The position numbers were made by a program, and so were the translations under genes. Below the pieces are notes generated by a model. It was not told the origin of the DNA, ran no database searches, and saw only the letters and a program-made list of their open reading frames with translations. This document shows, in pieces, positions 1-7,634 of a stretch of DNA of 24,000 nt. Position 1 is the stretch's first letter, and each line of letters opens with the position of its first letter. Source of the stretch: Treponemataceae bacterium (GTDB lineage: Bacteria > Spirochaetota > Spirochaetia > Treponematales > Treponemataceae); the NCBI GenBank assembly GCA_045616125.1, contig JAZLGC010000002.1, positions 23,000 through 46,999 of the forward strand, given 5' to 3'.

Positions 1-44
1 TGTAGAACTTCACACTGTCTCACTATCAGCAGTAAATTGCAAAA

Positions 45-1538
45 ATGGGGTATCAGGCTCATACTATACCTATGACAACGCCAGAAACAAAAGTTACCAT
101 TTCCACCGGACTTGGCCCCATAACAGGTCTGGATGCCGGTTCCCATTACCAGTTCCGCGGCATTCCGTATGGGATTGCAAAACGATTTGAATATGCCACC
201 CCGGTGCAGCGCTGGACCGACGCCGGAACACCAGAAGACGTACCCTTTGATGCAACCCGATGGGGAGATACCTGTCCCCAGAAACGCTGCTGGTATGCTC
301 ATCTGGAACAGCCGGAACGAATGTTCTATCACCGGGAATTCCGTGACGGTGTTCCCTACACATACAGCGAAAACTGTCTGAATCTGAACGTGTATATGCC
401 ATCACCTGCGGTATCAGACGCCGCTTCGGCCAACCAGACGGCAACTGATTCGGCCACCCAGACGGCAACTCCCCCGCGAAGTGCCAGACTCCACCCGGTC
501 ATCGTATTCATACACGGCGGTGGCTTTGATTCAGGCGCCAATTATGACAGCGCCATTCACGGAGAACGCTTTGCTGCTGACGGCTATGTCTTTGTCAGCC
601 TTACCTACCGGGTAGGCGTTCTCGGTTATGCCACCCACCCCGAAATAGCCGATGCAAACAACGGCCGTGACGGCAACTTTGGCTTGGATGACCAGTACAC
701 TGCTCTCTGCTGGATTCGCGACCACATTGCAGACTTTTCCGGCGACCCCGACAATATTACGGTCATGGGACAAAGTGCCGGCGCCATCAGCATTCAGTAT
801 CTGTGTTTGAGTAAACGCTGCCAAGGCCTTTTCCAACGGGCATTCATGATGTCAGGCGGCGGTAAGTTTCCTGACTTTGCCCTGCCCCGCACTACCGGCA
901 GCACCCACGAATACTGGCTTGATGTCATGACCACTGCCGGCTGTACCACCTTTGACCAGTTCAAAACCCTGGACATCAAAAAAATCTACGATGCCCTTGA
1001 AACAGTAAAAAGCCGCCGGAAGGACAACACCTACAACACCATGCCTGTTATTGACGGCTACCTTATTGAACAGCCTGTTCAGGAACTGATCCGGCAGCCA
1101 TTGGACATTCCCTACATGGTTACCTACACCAACAACGACATGTTCGCATTCCTCATGGCGCGGATTGGTCATGAATACGCCCGCCATACCGGTGCCTGGC
1201 TTGGTAACTTTGACGTAAACGCTCCCGGTTCTGACAACAACAAAGCCTTTCATTCCTGCGACATCCGCTACTGGCTGGGAACACTGGCAGACAGCCACCG
1301 GCCGTACACAGATTCTGACCGGGAACTTTCTGACCTGTTAATCCGCTATCTTGAAAACTTTGCCACCACGAGTAACCCAAATCAAGGCCCCCATGCCGGG
1401 CTACCCCGCTGGCCCCAATCCACAGCCAAAAGCAGGAAATCACTGCATCTGGTATCCAACACAAAAAAAATCCGCATGACCCATCCCAATAACCTTAAAA
1501 TGCTTTGGAACATGCTTACCAAGGGAGATCCCAAATGA
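45..1538 (+). CDS. Carboxylesterase/lipase, type B family (alpha/beta hydrolase)
   Basis: 497-aa ORF with the oxyanion-hole motif HGGGF (VIVFIHGGGFDSG) and the nucleophile elbow GQSAGA (GxSxG), both typical of PnbA-like type-B carboxylesterases. There is no clear SD before ATG 45, so the in-frame ATG at 72 is an alternative start. Confidence 0.85.
   Translation: MGYQAHTIPMTTPETKVTISTGLGPITGLDAGSHYQFRGIPYGIAKRFEYATPVQRWTDAGTPEDVPFDATRWGDTCPQKRCWYAHLEQPERMFYHREFRDGVPYTYSENCLNLNVYMPSPAVSDAASANQTATDSATQTATPPRSARLHPVIVFIHGGGFDSGANYDSAIHGERFAADGYVFVSLTYRVGVLGYATHPEIADANNGRDGNFGLDDQYTALCWIRDHIADFSGDPDNITVMGQSAGAISIQYLCLSKRCQGLFQRAFMMSGGGKFPDFALPRTTGSTHEYWLDVMTTAGCTTFDQFKTLDIKKIYDALETVKSRRKDNTYNTMPVIDGYLIEQPVQELIRQPLDIPYMVTYTNNDMFAFLMARIGHEYARHTGAWLGNFDVNAPGSDNNKAFHSCDIRYWLGTLADSHRPYTDSDRELSDLLIRYLENFATTSNPNQGPHAGLPRWPQSTAKSRKSLHLVSNTKKIRMTHPNNLKMLWNMLTKGDPK
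425..472 (+). repeat. In-frame 24-bp tandem duplication inside the esterase gene (encodes SANQTATD/SATQTATP)
   Basis: ttcggccaaccagacggcaact (425-446) and ttcggccacccagacggcaact (449-470) differ at one base. The period is 24 nt (8 codons). It sits just upstream of the HGGGF motif in a Thr/Ala/Gln-rich segment. Confidence 0.8.
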
Positions 1539-3898
1539 AATTCAGACATCAATTTGAACTGAAAGAAGCAACCCCTACCTATCGAATCTACAAAACCGAC
1601 GGCATTACCATCCGTCTTGATTTTTTTAACCATATGATCAGGGTAGCCATCCTTCATGACAGCATCAATCTGCTTCCAACCTGGACTGTCCAGCCAAGAC
1701 GCCGGCAGGATCCGGAAACGGGATACGGATTTGTCAACACGCCACAGGCAGGAAGAAACAAGCTGTCCTGTGACGATATGGAACAGCTGCCACCAGAGGT
1801 ACTGACAACAGGAAAAGGACAGGAATCCTTTACCATTGATGATGTCACAATCAGCATCGATTTGTTCAATTTCCGAATGAAATATGAACGAAACGGCAAA
1901 CTGCTGTTTCAGGACCGGGAATACATTGCCTATAATTTTGACGGCGAACTGGGAGATGGCAGCTGTCACTACGTTACCCGTGAGCCTGATGAAGAAATAT
2001 TCGGACTGGGGGATAAAACAGGACCGGTAAACAAAAACAAACGGAGTTACCGTCTTGAAGCAGGAGATGCCATGGGCTTTGATGCACGCTCTTCTGACCC
2101 CTTATACAAACAGCTGCCATTCTACATGTGCCGGAATTCAGCCGGCTGCTATGGCATGTATTATGACACCTACAGCAACGGTACCATGAACTTTGGTGCA
2201 GAAATCAACAATTACTACGCACCGTTCAAAAGCTTCAGCTGCGATGAAGAAAACCTGGTGTATTACGTGATTTTTGGCGATATTCCCCAGATTTTGCAGC
2301 GATTCAGCGCCCTAACCGGACCAGTTGCATTCCCGCCAAAATGGACCTTTGCCTACTGTGGCAGCACCATGAGTTATACTGATGCTCCTGATGCCGATAA
2401 CCAGCTGCGTACCTTCCTGCAGTTATGTCAGAAGCACGGCATTACGCCCGGCGGTTTTTACCTCAGTTCCGGCTATACCCAGATTGGCAAAAAGCGCTAT
2501 GTATTCCACTGGAACACCGACAAGGTACCGTCACCGGAAGGTCTGGCATCGTACTTTGCAGAAAACGGTGTCGATTTTCTTCCGAATGTAAAACCGGCAT
2601 TTCTGGTAAATCATCCCCTGTACAACCAGATTGCAGACAAGGGGTGGTTCCTTCATTACAGTGACGGAACACCTGCCGTGTTCCCCTTCTGGGATGACTA
2701 CGGCAGTTACCTGGACTTTACCAATCCGGATGCCTTTGCATTCTGGTCCGATTGTGTAAAGAGACAGCTTGTAGATAAAGGCTATCTGAATATGTGGAAC
2801 GATAACAACGAGTACGATATCCATGACAAGGCCGTTCTTGCCCACGGGTTCGGAAACGGTCCCGTTCCAGCCCATCGCATCAGACCGCTGTTCAGTTTTT
2901 TAATGACCCTTGCCAGTTGTGAAAGTCAAAATCAGAGCCGCCGCATTTCATCAGTCTCACGCTGCGGCATCGGCGGTCTTAGCCGTATGGCTACTACCTG
3001 GACCGGCGACAACAACACCTGTTTTGATGATTTCAGGTATAACCACCGCATGGCCATGACAATGAGCTTAAGTGGCTTTTACAATTTTGGACAGGATATC
3101 GGCGGCTTTGCCGGTAACCGGCCGGAACCGGAACTGTTCCTCCGCTGGATTCAGTACGGCATCTTTACGCCACGGTTTGTTCTGCACAGCTGGAACAGTG
3201 ACGGCAGTGCTACCATGCCCTGGCTGTATCCGGAGCTGATTCCAACCGTAAAGAACCTGTTTGACCTGCGGAACAGACTGATTCCCTACCTGTACACCCA
3301 GGCCTACGAAAGCGCCAAATCCAACAAGCCCATCATTTATCCGGTATTTCTTGAGCAAAGCAATTATGATACAGAAGCTGATTGTTTTATGTTTGGTAGC
3401 CGTATTCTGGCCGTTCCTGTTTTTGATAAAGGGGTTGAAACCGTAACCGTAACGCTGCCGGACACCGCCGAATCCTGGTATCCCAGCCCTCAGAGCACCA
3501 CCACAGGATCCCTGAGCCTGTCGAAGGGTCCCACCACCATTACACTCCCCGCCCCAACAGATGCAGAGCCCGTATGGTTTGTAAAAGCAGGCAGTGTTCT
3601 TCCGCTGGCATCAGGCACCCCGATTCTCAGAAACCGGTCGCTGGACAACATCACGTTTACTGTCTATCCCCTTACACAGGGAAGTTTTACCGCAACTTAC
3701 CTGGATGATGATGGCGTCAGCTGGCTTACAGAAGACAACCATCAGGTCATCACCTTCACCGTAGATTGTACGGCGGATACGGTAACAGTCCACGTACAAA
3801 GCACCACCGCTTCAGGAACTCCGCTGCCACCCCCTGAACCAGAATCACTGAACCTTGCACTGCACCCCAGCGACCCCCGCAAACTGGTAATTGCCTGA
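1535..3898 (+). CDS. Glycoside hydrolase family 31 (alpha-xylosidase/alpha-glucosidase-like)
   Basis: GH31 signature around the nucleophile Asp (NMWNDNNEY, compare WxDMNE) and the acid/base region (TWTGDNNTCF), plus GQDIGGF. I chose ATG 1535 (MKFRHQ...) over the track start 1505. It has an AAGGGAG SD at 1521-1527 and overlaps the esterase stop as ATGA. Confidence 0.88.
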   Translation: MKFRHQFELKEATPTYRIYKTDGITIRLDFFNHMIRVAILHDSINLLPTWTVQPRRRQDPETGYGFVNTPQAGRNKLSCDDMEQLPPEVLTTGKGQESFTIDDVTISIDLFNFRMKYERNGKLLFQDREYIAYNFDGELGDGSCHYVTREPDEEIFGLGDKTGPVNKNKRSYRLEAGDAMGFDARSSDPLYKQLPFYMCRNSAGCYGMYYDTYSNGTMNFGAEINNYYAPFKSFSCDEENLVYYVIFGDIPQILQRFSALTGPVAFPPKWTFAYCGSTMSYTDAPDADNQLRTFLQLCQKHGITPGGFYLSSGYTQIGKKRYVFHWNTDKVPSPEGLASYFAENGVDFLPNVKPAFLVNHPLYNQIADKGWFLHYSDGTPAVFPFWDDYGSYLDFTNPDAFAFWSDCVKRQLVDKGYLNMWNDNNEYDIHDKAVLAHGFGNGPVPAHRIRPLFSFLMTLASCESQNQSRRISSVSRCGIGGLSRMATTWTGDNNTCFDDFRYNHRMAMTMSLSGFYNFGQDIGGFAGNRPEPELFLRWIQYGIFTPRFVLHSWNSDGSATMPWLYPELIPTVKNLFDLRNRLIPYLYTQAYESAKSNKPIIYPVFLEQSNYDTEADCFMFGSRILAVPVFDKGVETVTVTLPDTAESWYPSPQSTTTGSLSLSKGPTTITLPAPTDAEPVWFVKAGSVLPLASGTPILRNRSLDNITFTVYPLTQGSFTATYLDDDGVSWLTEDNHQVITFTVDCTADTVTVHVQSTTASGTPLPPPEPESLNLALHPSDPRKLVIA

Positions 3899-3914
3899 CA
3901 GTTTCAAGAAAAAG

Positions 3915-4134
3915 GTAGGGTTGTATTGAATACCAATAGAACGTTTTTTGAAAAACCTATCGACGTGCTGATAACGTGCAAAACCGCTCGCTAGCGTCGC
4001 TACAGGCGAAGCCCGGTAAAGAAACTATCGTTCGTCCATGCTCACCGCATGGACGCCGGGCTTCGACAGTTTTTGCACGTTCTCATCCCATCTACCGGTT
4101 TTTCAGTTTCTCATCATTTTCAATACAACCCTAC
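3915..4134. repeat. Copy A of a ~220-bp rod-like imperfect palindromic repeat (MITE-like or structured-RNA-like element)
   Basis: Outer 16-bp perfect inverted repeat gtagggttgtattgaa (3915-3930) / ttcaatacaaccctac (4119-4134). Inner stems are tgaaaaacc/ggtttttca, aacgtgcaaaa (3973-3983)/ttttgcacgtt (4071-4081) and cgaagcccgg/ccgggcttcg. The apical hairpin is tccatgc-tcacc-gcatgga. The core is about 89% identical to 6866-6955. The element fills the whole gap between two convergent stop codons. Confidence 0.85.
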
Positions 4135-4141
4135 GTTTTGT

Positions 4142-5569
4142 TTACCGGCCGCGTGATACCTTCAGTTCAGCGTACAGTTTTTCAAGATTCTTCTTATTCA
4201 GGCTGTAGCAGAAATTCAGCAGGAACCACATAACAGCCAGCACAATGGCAGGTACCAACGTGGCCATGGTATACAGCCGTGAAGTTACTTCAGCAGTCTG
4301 TACCGTAGCATCAACATTATATCCGATTACCGAAAGCAGCACCGGAACACCAACACCAGCCAGCGTCTGTCCCAGCTTACGGGTAAACGAATAAACAGCG
4401 TAACTGGTACCTTCTTCACGACGGCCAGTCTTGTTTTCATGGTAATCAATAACATCCATAACCAGCGCCCACACTTCCAGAATCAGGAATGTCTGACCGG
4501 CGCTTGACAGGAACAGCAGGGCCATGAATACGGTTGAATTTGCTGCCAGCGGAGTAAATCCGATTGCATACATAACAAAACTGATAATTGCGGAAAGAAG
4601 CAGACCAAAAGAACACAGTTCTTTTTTACCCCATTTGCGAACCAGTTTTCCTACAACAGGCAGGAACATGGCCATAGGAACATAGGTACATACGGTTACC
4701 AGACCGTACAGCCCAGGTTTCTGGTAGTAATTCTTGAACAGATAGTTATAGGTTGTCTGGGTGTACATCTGGAACGCAATCAGCAGCATGGAAACCAGAC
4801 ACAGGAAAATAAACGGTGGGTTCTTCAAAAGGTCGCCAACGGTACGGAATACATGCATTTTTGCAGGCTGTCCGTTCTCTGGAATATCCTTATCAAGAAC
4901 AACAATACGTTCCTTTGTCCCCTTAAAATGCAGCCAGTAAATAAGAACGCTGAGCACTGCAATACAGGCTACGGCAACAGTCATCTTGTTTGGATCCAGT
5001 GCTTTTGCCGTGGTACCGTCTGCCAGAGTAACAGTGGTATACACAACCATAGGCAGAACAATCATTGAAGGAATATTACCAAAGCCGGCACCAACAGAAC
5101 GCCATACAGAAAGTGCACTGCGTTCAGCAGGATCATCAGTAATAACAGAAGCAAGGGAACCGAATGGAATATTTACACCGGTATACATCATGCCGTACAG
5201 AATGTAAGTTATGTAGGCAAATACCAGGTAGCCGGAAGGACTCAGGCCCGGAATTTTTACGAACATAAGGACAGCAGAAATGGCCAGAGGAATGGAAGCT
5301 CCCATTACGTAGGGACGGAAGCGGCCATATTTGGTAGGACGCCGGCTGTCAATAAAACCACCCCACATAGGGTCATTAATGGCATCCCAGATACGGGCAA
5401 CCAGCATAAGCATCGTAATTGATGCCAGCGGAATGTGCAGGCAGTCCGTATAGAACATGGTTAAAAACGATGAAATCAACGAAAAGGTCAAAACGCCACC
5501 AAAGTCACCGCATGCGTATGCCATCTTCTCTTTTGTCGTAATTCCCGAAGTCGGGCTCTTTTCAGACAT
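4142..5569 (-). CDS. Glycoside-pentoside-hexuronide (GPH) family sugar:cation symporter (MFS superfamily)
   Basis: Multi-pass membrane protein. The N-terminal region KEKMAYACGDFGG...FLTMFYTD...ARIWDAINDPMWGGFIDSRRPTKYGRFRPY is characteristic of MelB/YicJ/UidB-type GPH transporters. I chose ATG 5569 (MSEKSP), which has SD AAAGGAGAA 6 nt upstream. The track start GTG 5677 would add 36 aa (see findings). Confidence 0.85.
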   Translation of the reverse strand: MSEKSPTSGITTKEKMAYACGDFGGVLTFSLISSFLTMFYTDCLHIPLASITMLMLVARIWDAINDPMWGGFIDSRRPTKYGRFRPYVMGASIPLAISAVLMFVKIPGLSPSGYLVFAYITYILYGMMYTGVNIPFGSLASVITDDPAERSALSVWRSVGAGFGNIPSMIVLPMVVYTTVTLADGTTAKALDPNKMTVAVACIAVLSVLIYWLHFKGTKERIVVLDKDIPENGQPAKMHVFRTVGDLLKNPPFIFLCLVSMLLIAFQMYTQTTYNYLFKNYYQKPGLYGLVTVCTYVPMAMFLPVVGKLVRKWGKKELCSFGLLLSAIISFVMYAIGFTPLAANSTVFMALLFLSSAGQTFLILEVWALVMDVIDYHENKTGRREEGTSYAVYSFTRKLGQTLAGVGVPVLLSVIGYNVDATVQTAEVTSRLYTMATLVPAIVLAVMWFLLNFCYSLNKKNLEKLYAELKVSRGR

Positions 5570-5792
5570 ATAGTTCTCCTTTAAATCTTCCGCGGCAGCG
5601 GTCGCACACGGATGTACGATATCGCAGCTTGCGAAGCAGGATGCATGTGAAAAAATACACGGATGTATATTTTTCACGCCTCCTTATTTAGTATTTTTCA
5701 GCAACAGAATAATTGTACCATGATATTTTAAATCCATGGGAAACAGGTCACTATCAGTAAACAGATGACGCAGTTTGAACTACACTAGTACC

Positions 5793-6791
5793 ATGACCTT
5801 ACAAAATGAATTTCTGCCGTATATCTTACCTTCAAAAGATATGCGTTCCTGCTGCATCGCTGAAAACCGTATCTTCCTCCCCTGGGAAACAGCCAGTCTT
5901 CTGTATATGAATACTCATATACCCTTTGCAAAGCGGCAGGAACTTTTCAAACAACTTGCAGAACACATTGAATCCACAAATCCATCTAAAACAGAGAATG
6001 TTGCATATCCTCATATTTCAGATTTCAATGTACTGAATCAGCTGAAAAATCACATAGCCTGTGAAGAATTTCTTTTGGACAAGTTTTATGACAGCCATGA
6101 AGGCACGTATTCCTATGTAATTCACAACGAAAATGATGATTACCGCGCAGCACGATACGAATACTTCTATTCCACTGCAGAAAAAGCCAAAGTCGATGCA
6201 TTACAGGAATTGGAAAAATACCACAGAAAAGAAAATGGTGAATACGAAACCAACGAAATCCGGATTACCAGGTTTTTCATAGATAAACGTACTACTTTGG
6301 AAGGAATTTTTACACTGAAAGGAGAACTGCAATCCCTCTATTTCTGCGGAGAAAACATCCAGTCAATTCTTCCGGAAAACTTCCAGCGATATTATGACTT
6401 ACCCAATCCAGACTATTTTGCAGAAAAATATGTCCATTTACCCCACCCCTTCCGAGCCGGCGATTTTGTCCGGACCATAGGTGAAAAAGATATTGGCATT
6501 TATACCGGCGACAAAAATGACGAATCGTATCACCAAAATCAAATTCGTCTGAAAAAACTGGCATCAAATCCAAAGCTTATATTTCCTATTGATTTTTCAG
6601 ATATTTCCTGTCGTGTAGAGTACTTCGACCCAAAATTGAAGCTTTTTTCACACAGTCATCCCAGTTTGACCGATCTGGAAAAAGTAGATCTGCCGGAAGA
6701 TTTCAAATACAAAGATTTGTTTGTTACCGCCTCAGAATTACTTCGTAGCGGCGGCTCCATTGAAGCACTGCAGCAGTATCTGGATACATAG
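5793..6791 (+). CDS. Hypothetical protein (orphan, no recognisable domain)
   Basis: Long uninterrupted ORF in an AT-rich islet. The track start at 5775 is TTG; the first ATG is 5793, and neither has a convincing SD. I recognise no catalytic or family motifs. Confidence 0.6.
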   Translation: MTLQNEFLPYILPSKDMRSCCIAENRIFLPWETASLLYMNTHIPFAKRQELFKQLAEHIESTNPSKTENVAYPHISDFNVLNQLKNHIACEEFLLDKFYDSHEGTYSYVIHNENDDYRAARYEYFYSTAEKAKVDALQELEKYHRKENGEYETNEIRITRFFIDKRTTLEGIFTLKGELQSLYFCGENIQSILPENFQRYYDLPNPDYFAEKYVHLPHPFRAGDFVRTIGEKDIGIYTGDKNDESYHQNQIRLKKLASNPKLIFPIDFSDISCRVEYFDPKLKLFSHSHPSLTDLEKVDLPEDFKYKDLFVTASELLRSGGSIEALQQYLDT

Positions 6792-6796
6792 TAAAC

Positions 6797-7018
6797 GTAG
6801 GTATTAATTAACCAGCGCTCAATAAGTATTTGAAAAATCTACCGGCATGCTGGTGACTGAAAAAAACGCTCGATATCGTCGCTATTGGTGAAGCCCGGCA
6901 TAGAAACTATCGTTCGTCCATGCTCACCGCATGGACGCCGGGCTTCAACAATTTTTTTCAGTCCCCATCCTGCCTCCCGATTTTTCAGCTTCCTCAAATA
7001 ACGTTAATTAATACGTAC
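6797..7018. repeat. Copy B of the ~220-bp rod-like imperfect palindromic repeat
   Basis: Outer inverted repeat gtaggtattaattaac (6797-6812) / gttaattaatacgtac (7003-7018) with 1 mismatch. Inner stems are tgaaaaatc/gatttttca, gactgaaaaaaa (6855-6866)/tttttttcagtc (6952-6963) and tgaagcccgg/ccgggcttca. A 45-nt stretch (6902-6946) is identical to 4020-4064. Orientation is the same as copy A. Confidence 0.85.
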
Positions 7019-7063
7019 AACAGTTTTACAACAGAGCGGCAAATTCCTATAAGTAAAGAGAAC

Positions 7064-7612
7064 ATGAAGATATATTTATTAGACAGAAACCCGGAAATGA
7101 TTCTCGAATGGAAGAAACAGTTTAGCAGCACTGAAGACGTTGAAATTGTTCTGGATACATTTGAGCATTTTATGGACACCCATGAAGTACAATGCATTGT
7201 GTCGCCGGCAAATTCCTATGGTATTATGGATGGTGGTTATGATGCCGCCATTACGGATTATTTTGGCATTGATCTGATGCTTGATGTTCAAAATTACATT
7301 TTGCAGAATTATTTTGGGGAACAACCGGTAGGTTCCAGTTTCATCATCGATATCCCCGGAACACGACAAAAACTGATTCACACCCCCACCATGCGGATTC
7401 CCTCACAGATTAAAGACCCGCACATAGTCTATCAGTGTATGAGAACCACCCTTATGGCGGCCATACAGAATAACGTTGAAAGCATAGTCATACCAGCTTT
7501 TGGGGCCGCTACCGGAAAAGTTCCCCGTCCAACAATTGCAAACCGTATGAAAGCCGCCTACAACCAGATACAAAATCCGCCGGTTGAACTTTCTTGGGAT
7601 GTGATTATTTGA
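7064..7612 (+). CDS. Macro-domain protein (ADP-ribose binding / ADP-ribosyl or O-acetyl-ADP-ribose hydrolase family)
   Basis: Matches the macro-domain Nx6GG[VLI]D-type motif (SPANSYGIMDGGYDAAI) and the second glycine-rich loop (IPAFGAATGKVP). Start taken at ATG 7064 (MKIYLLD), which has AAAGAG upstream. The track start 6920 lies inside the palindromic repeat and is rejected. Confidence 0.7.
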   Translation: MKIYLLDRNPEMILEWKKQFSSTEDVEIVLDTFEHFMDTHEVQCIVSPANSYGIMDGGYDAAITDYFGIDLMLDVQNYILQNYFGEQPVGSSFIIDIPGTRQKLIHTPTMRIPSQIKDPHIVYQCMRTTLMAAIQNNVESIVIPAFGAATGKVPRPTIANRMKAAYNQIQNPPVELSWDVII

Positions 7613-7634
7613 AATTAAGAAGGAGCTTATATTC

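Noticed and set aside
17-40. A shared motif TCACTATCA(gca)GTAAA upstream of both the esterase gene (21-37) and the orphan gene (5748-5761), as a possible common operator.
   Set aside because: It is only a 9-10-nt exact match plus 5 nt after an indel. Exact 10-mer pairs are expected many times by chance in 24 kb when both positions are free. There is no dyad symmetry or promoter context.
3976-4233. An 85-aa plus-strand ORF inside repeat copy A, and the analogous N-terminal extension of the macro ORF from 6920 inside copy B.
   Set aside because: Both lie within the repeated hairpin element. The copies are read in different frames and extents (CSPHGRRAS versus MLTAWTPGF). There is no SD. The 3976 ORF runs antisense into the transporter gene.
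3915-7018. The palindromic repeats as integron attC sites delimiting gene cassettes. Chromosomal integrons are known in some spirochaetes.
   Set aside because: attC sites are conserved at their ends (RYYYAAC ... GTTRRRY) with variable centres, and are at most ~140 bp. These elements are ~220 bp, conserved in the centre and variable at the ends. Copy A has no AAC/GTT termini. The enclosed transporter is in the opposite orientation, and no intI is visible.
3915-7018. The palindromic repeats as retron msr/msd or another RT-associated ncRNA, or as IS200/IS605-type subterminal hairpins with an omega-RNA.
   Set aside because: No reverse transcriptase, TnpA, TnpB or IscB-like ORF exists anywhere in the window. 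The neighbouring genes are a glycosidase, a transporter and a macro-domain protein.
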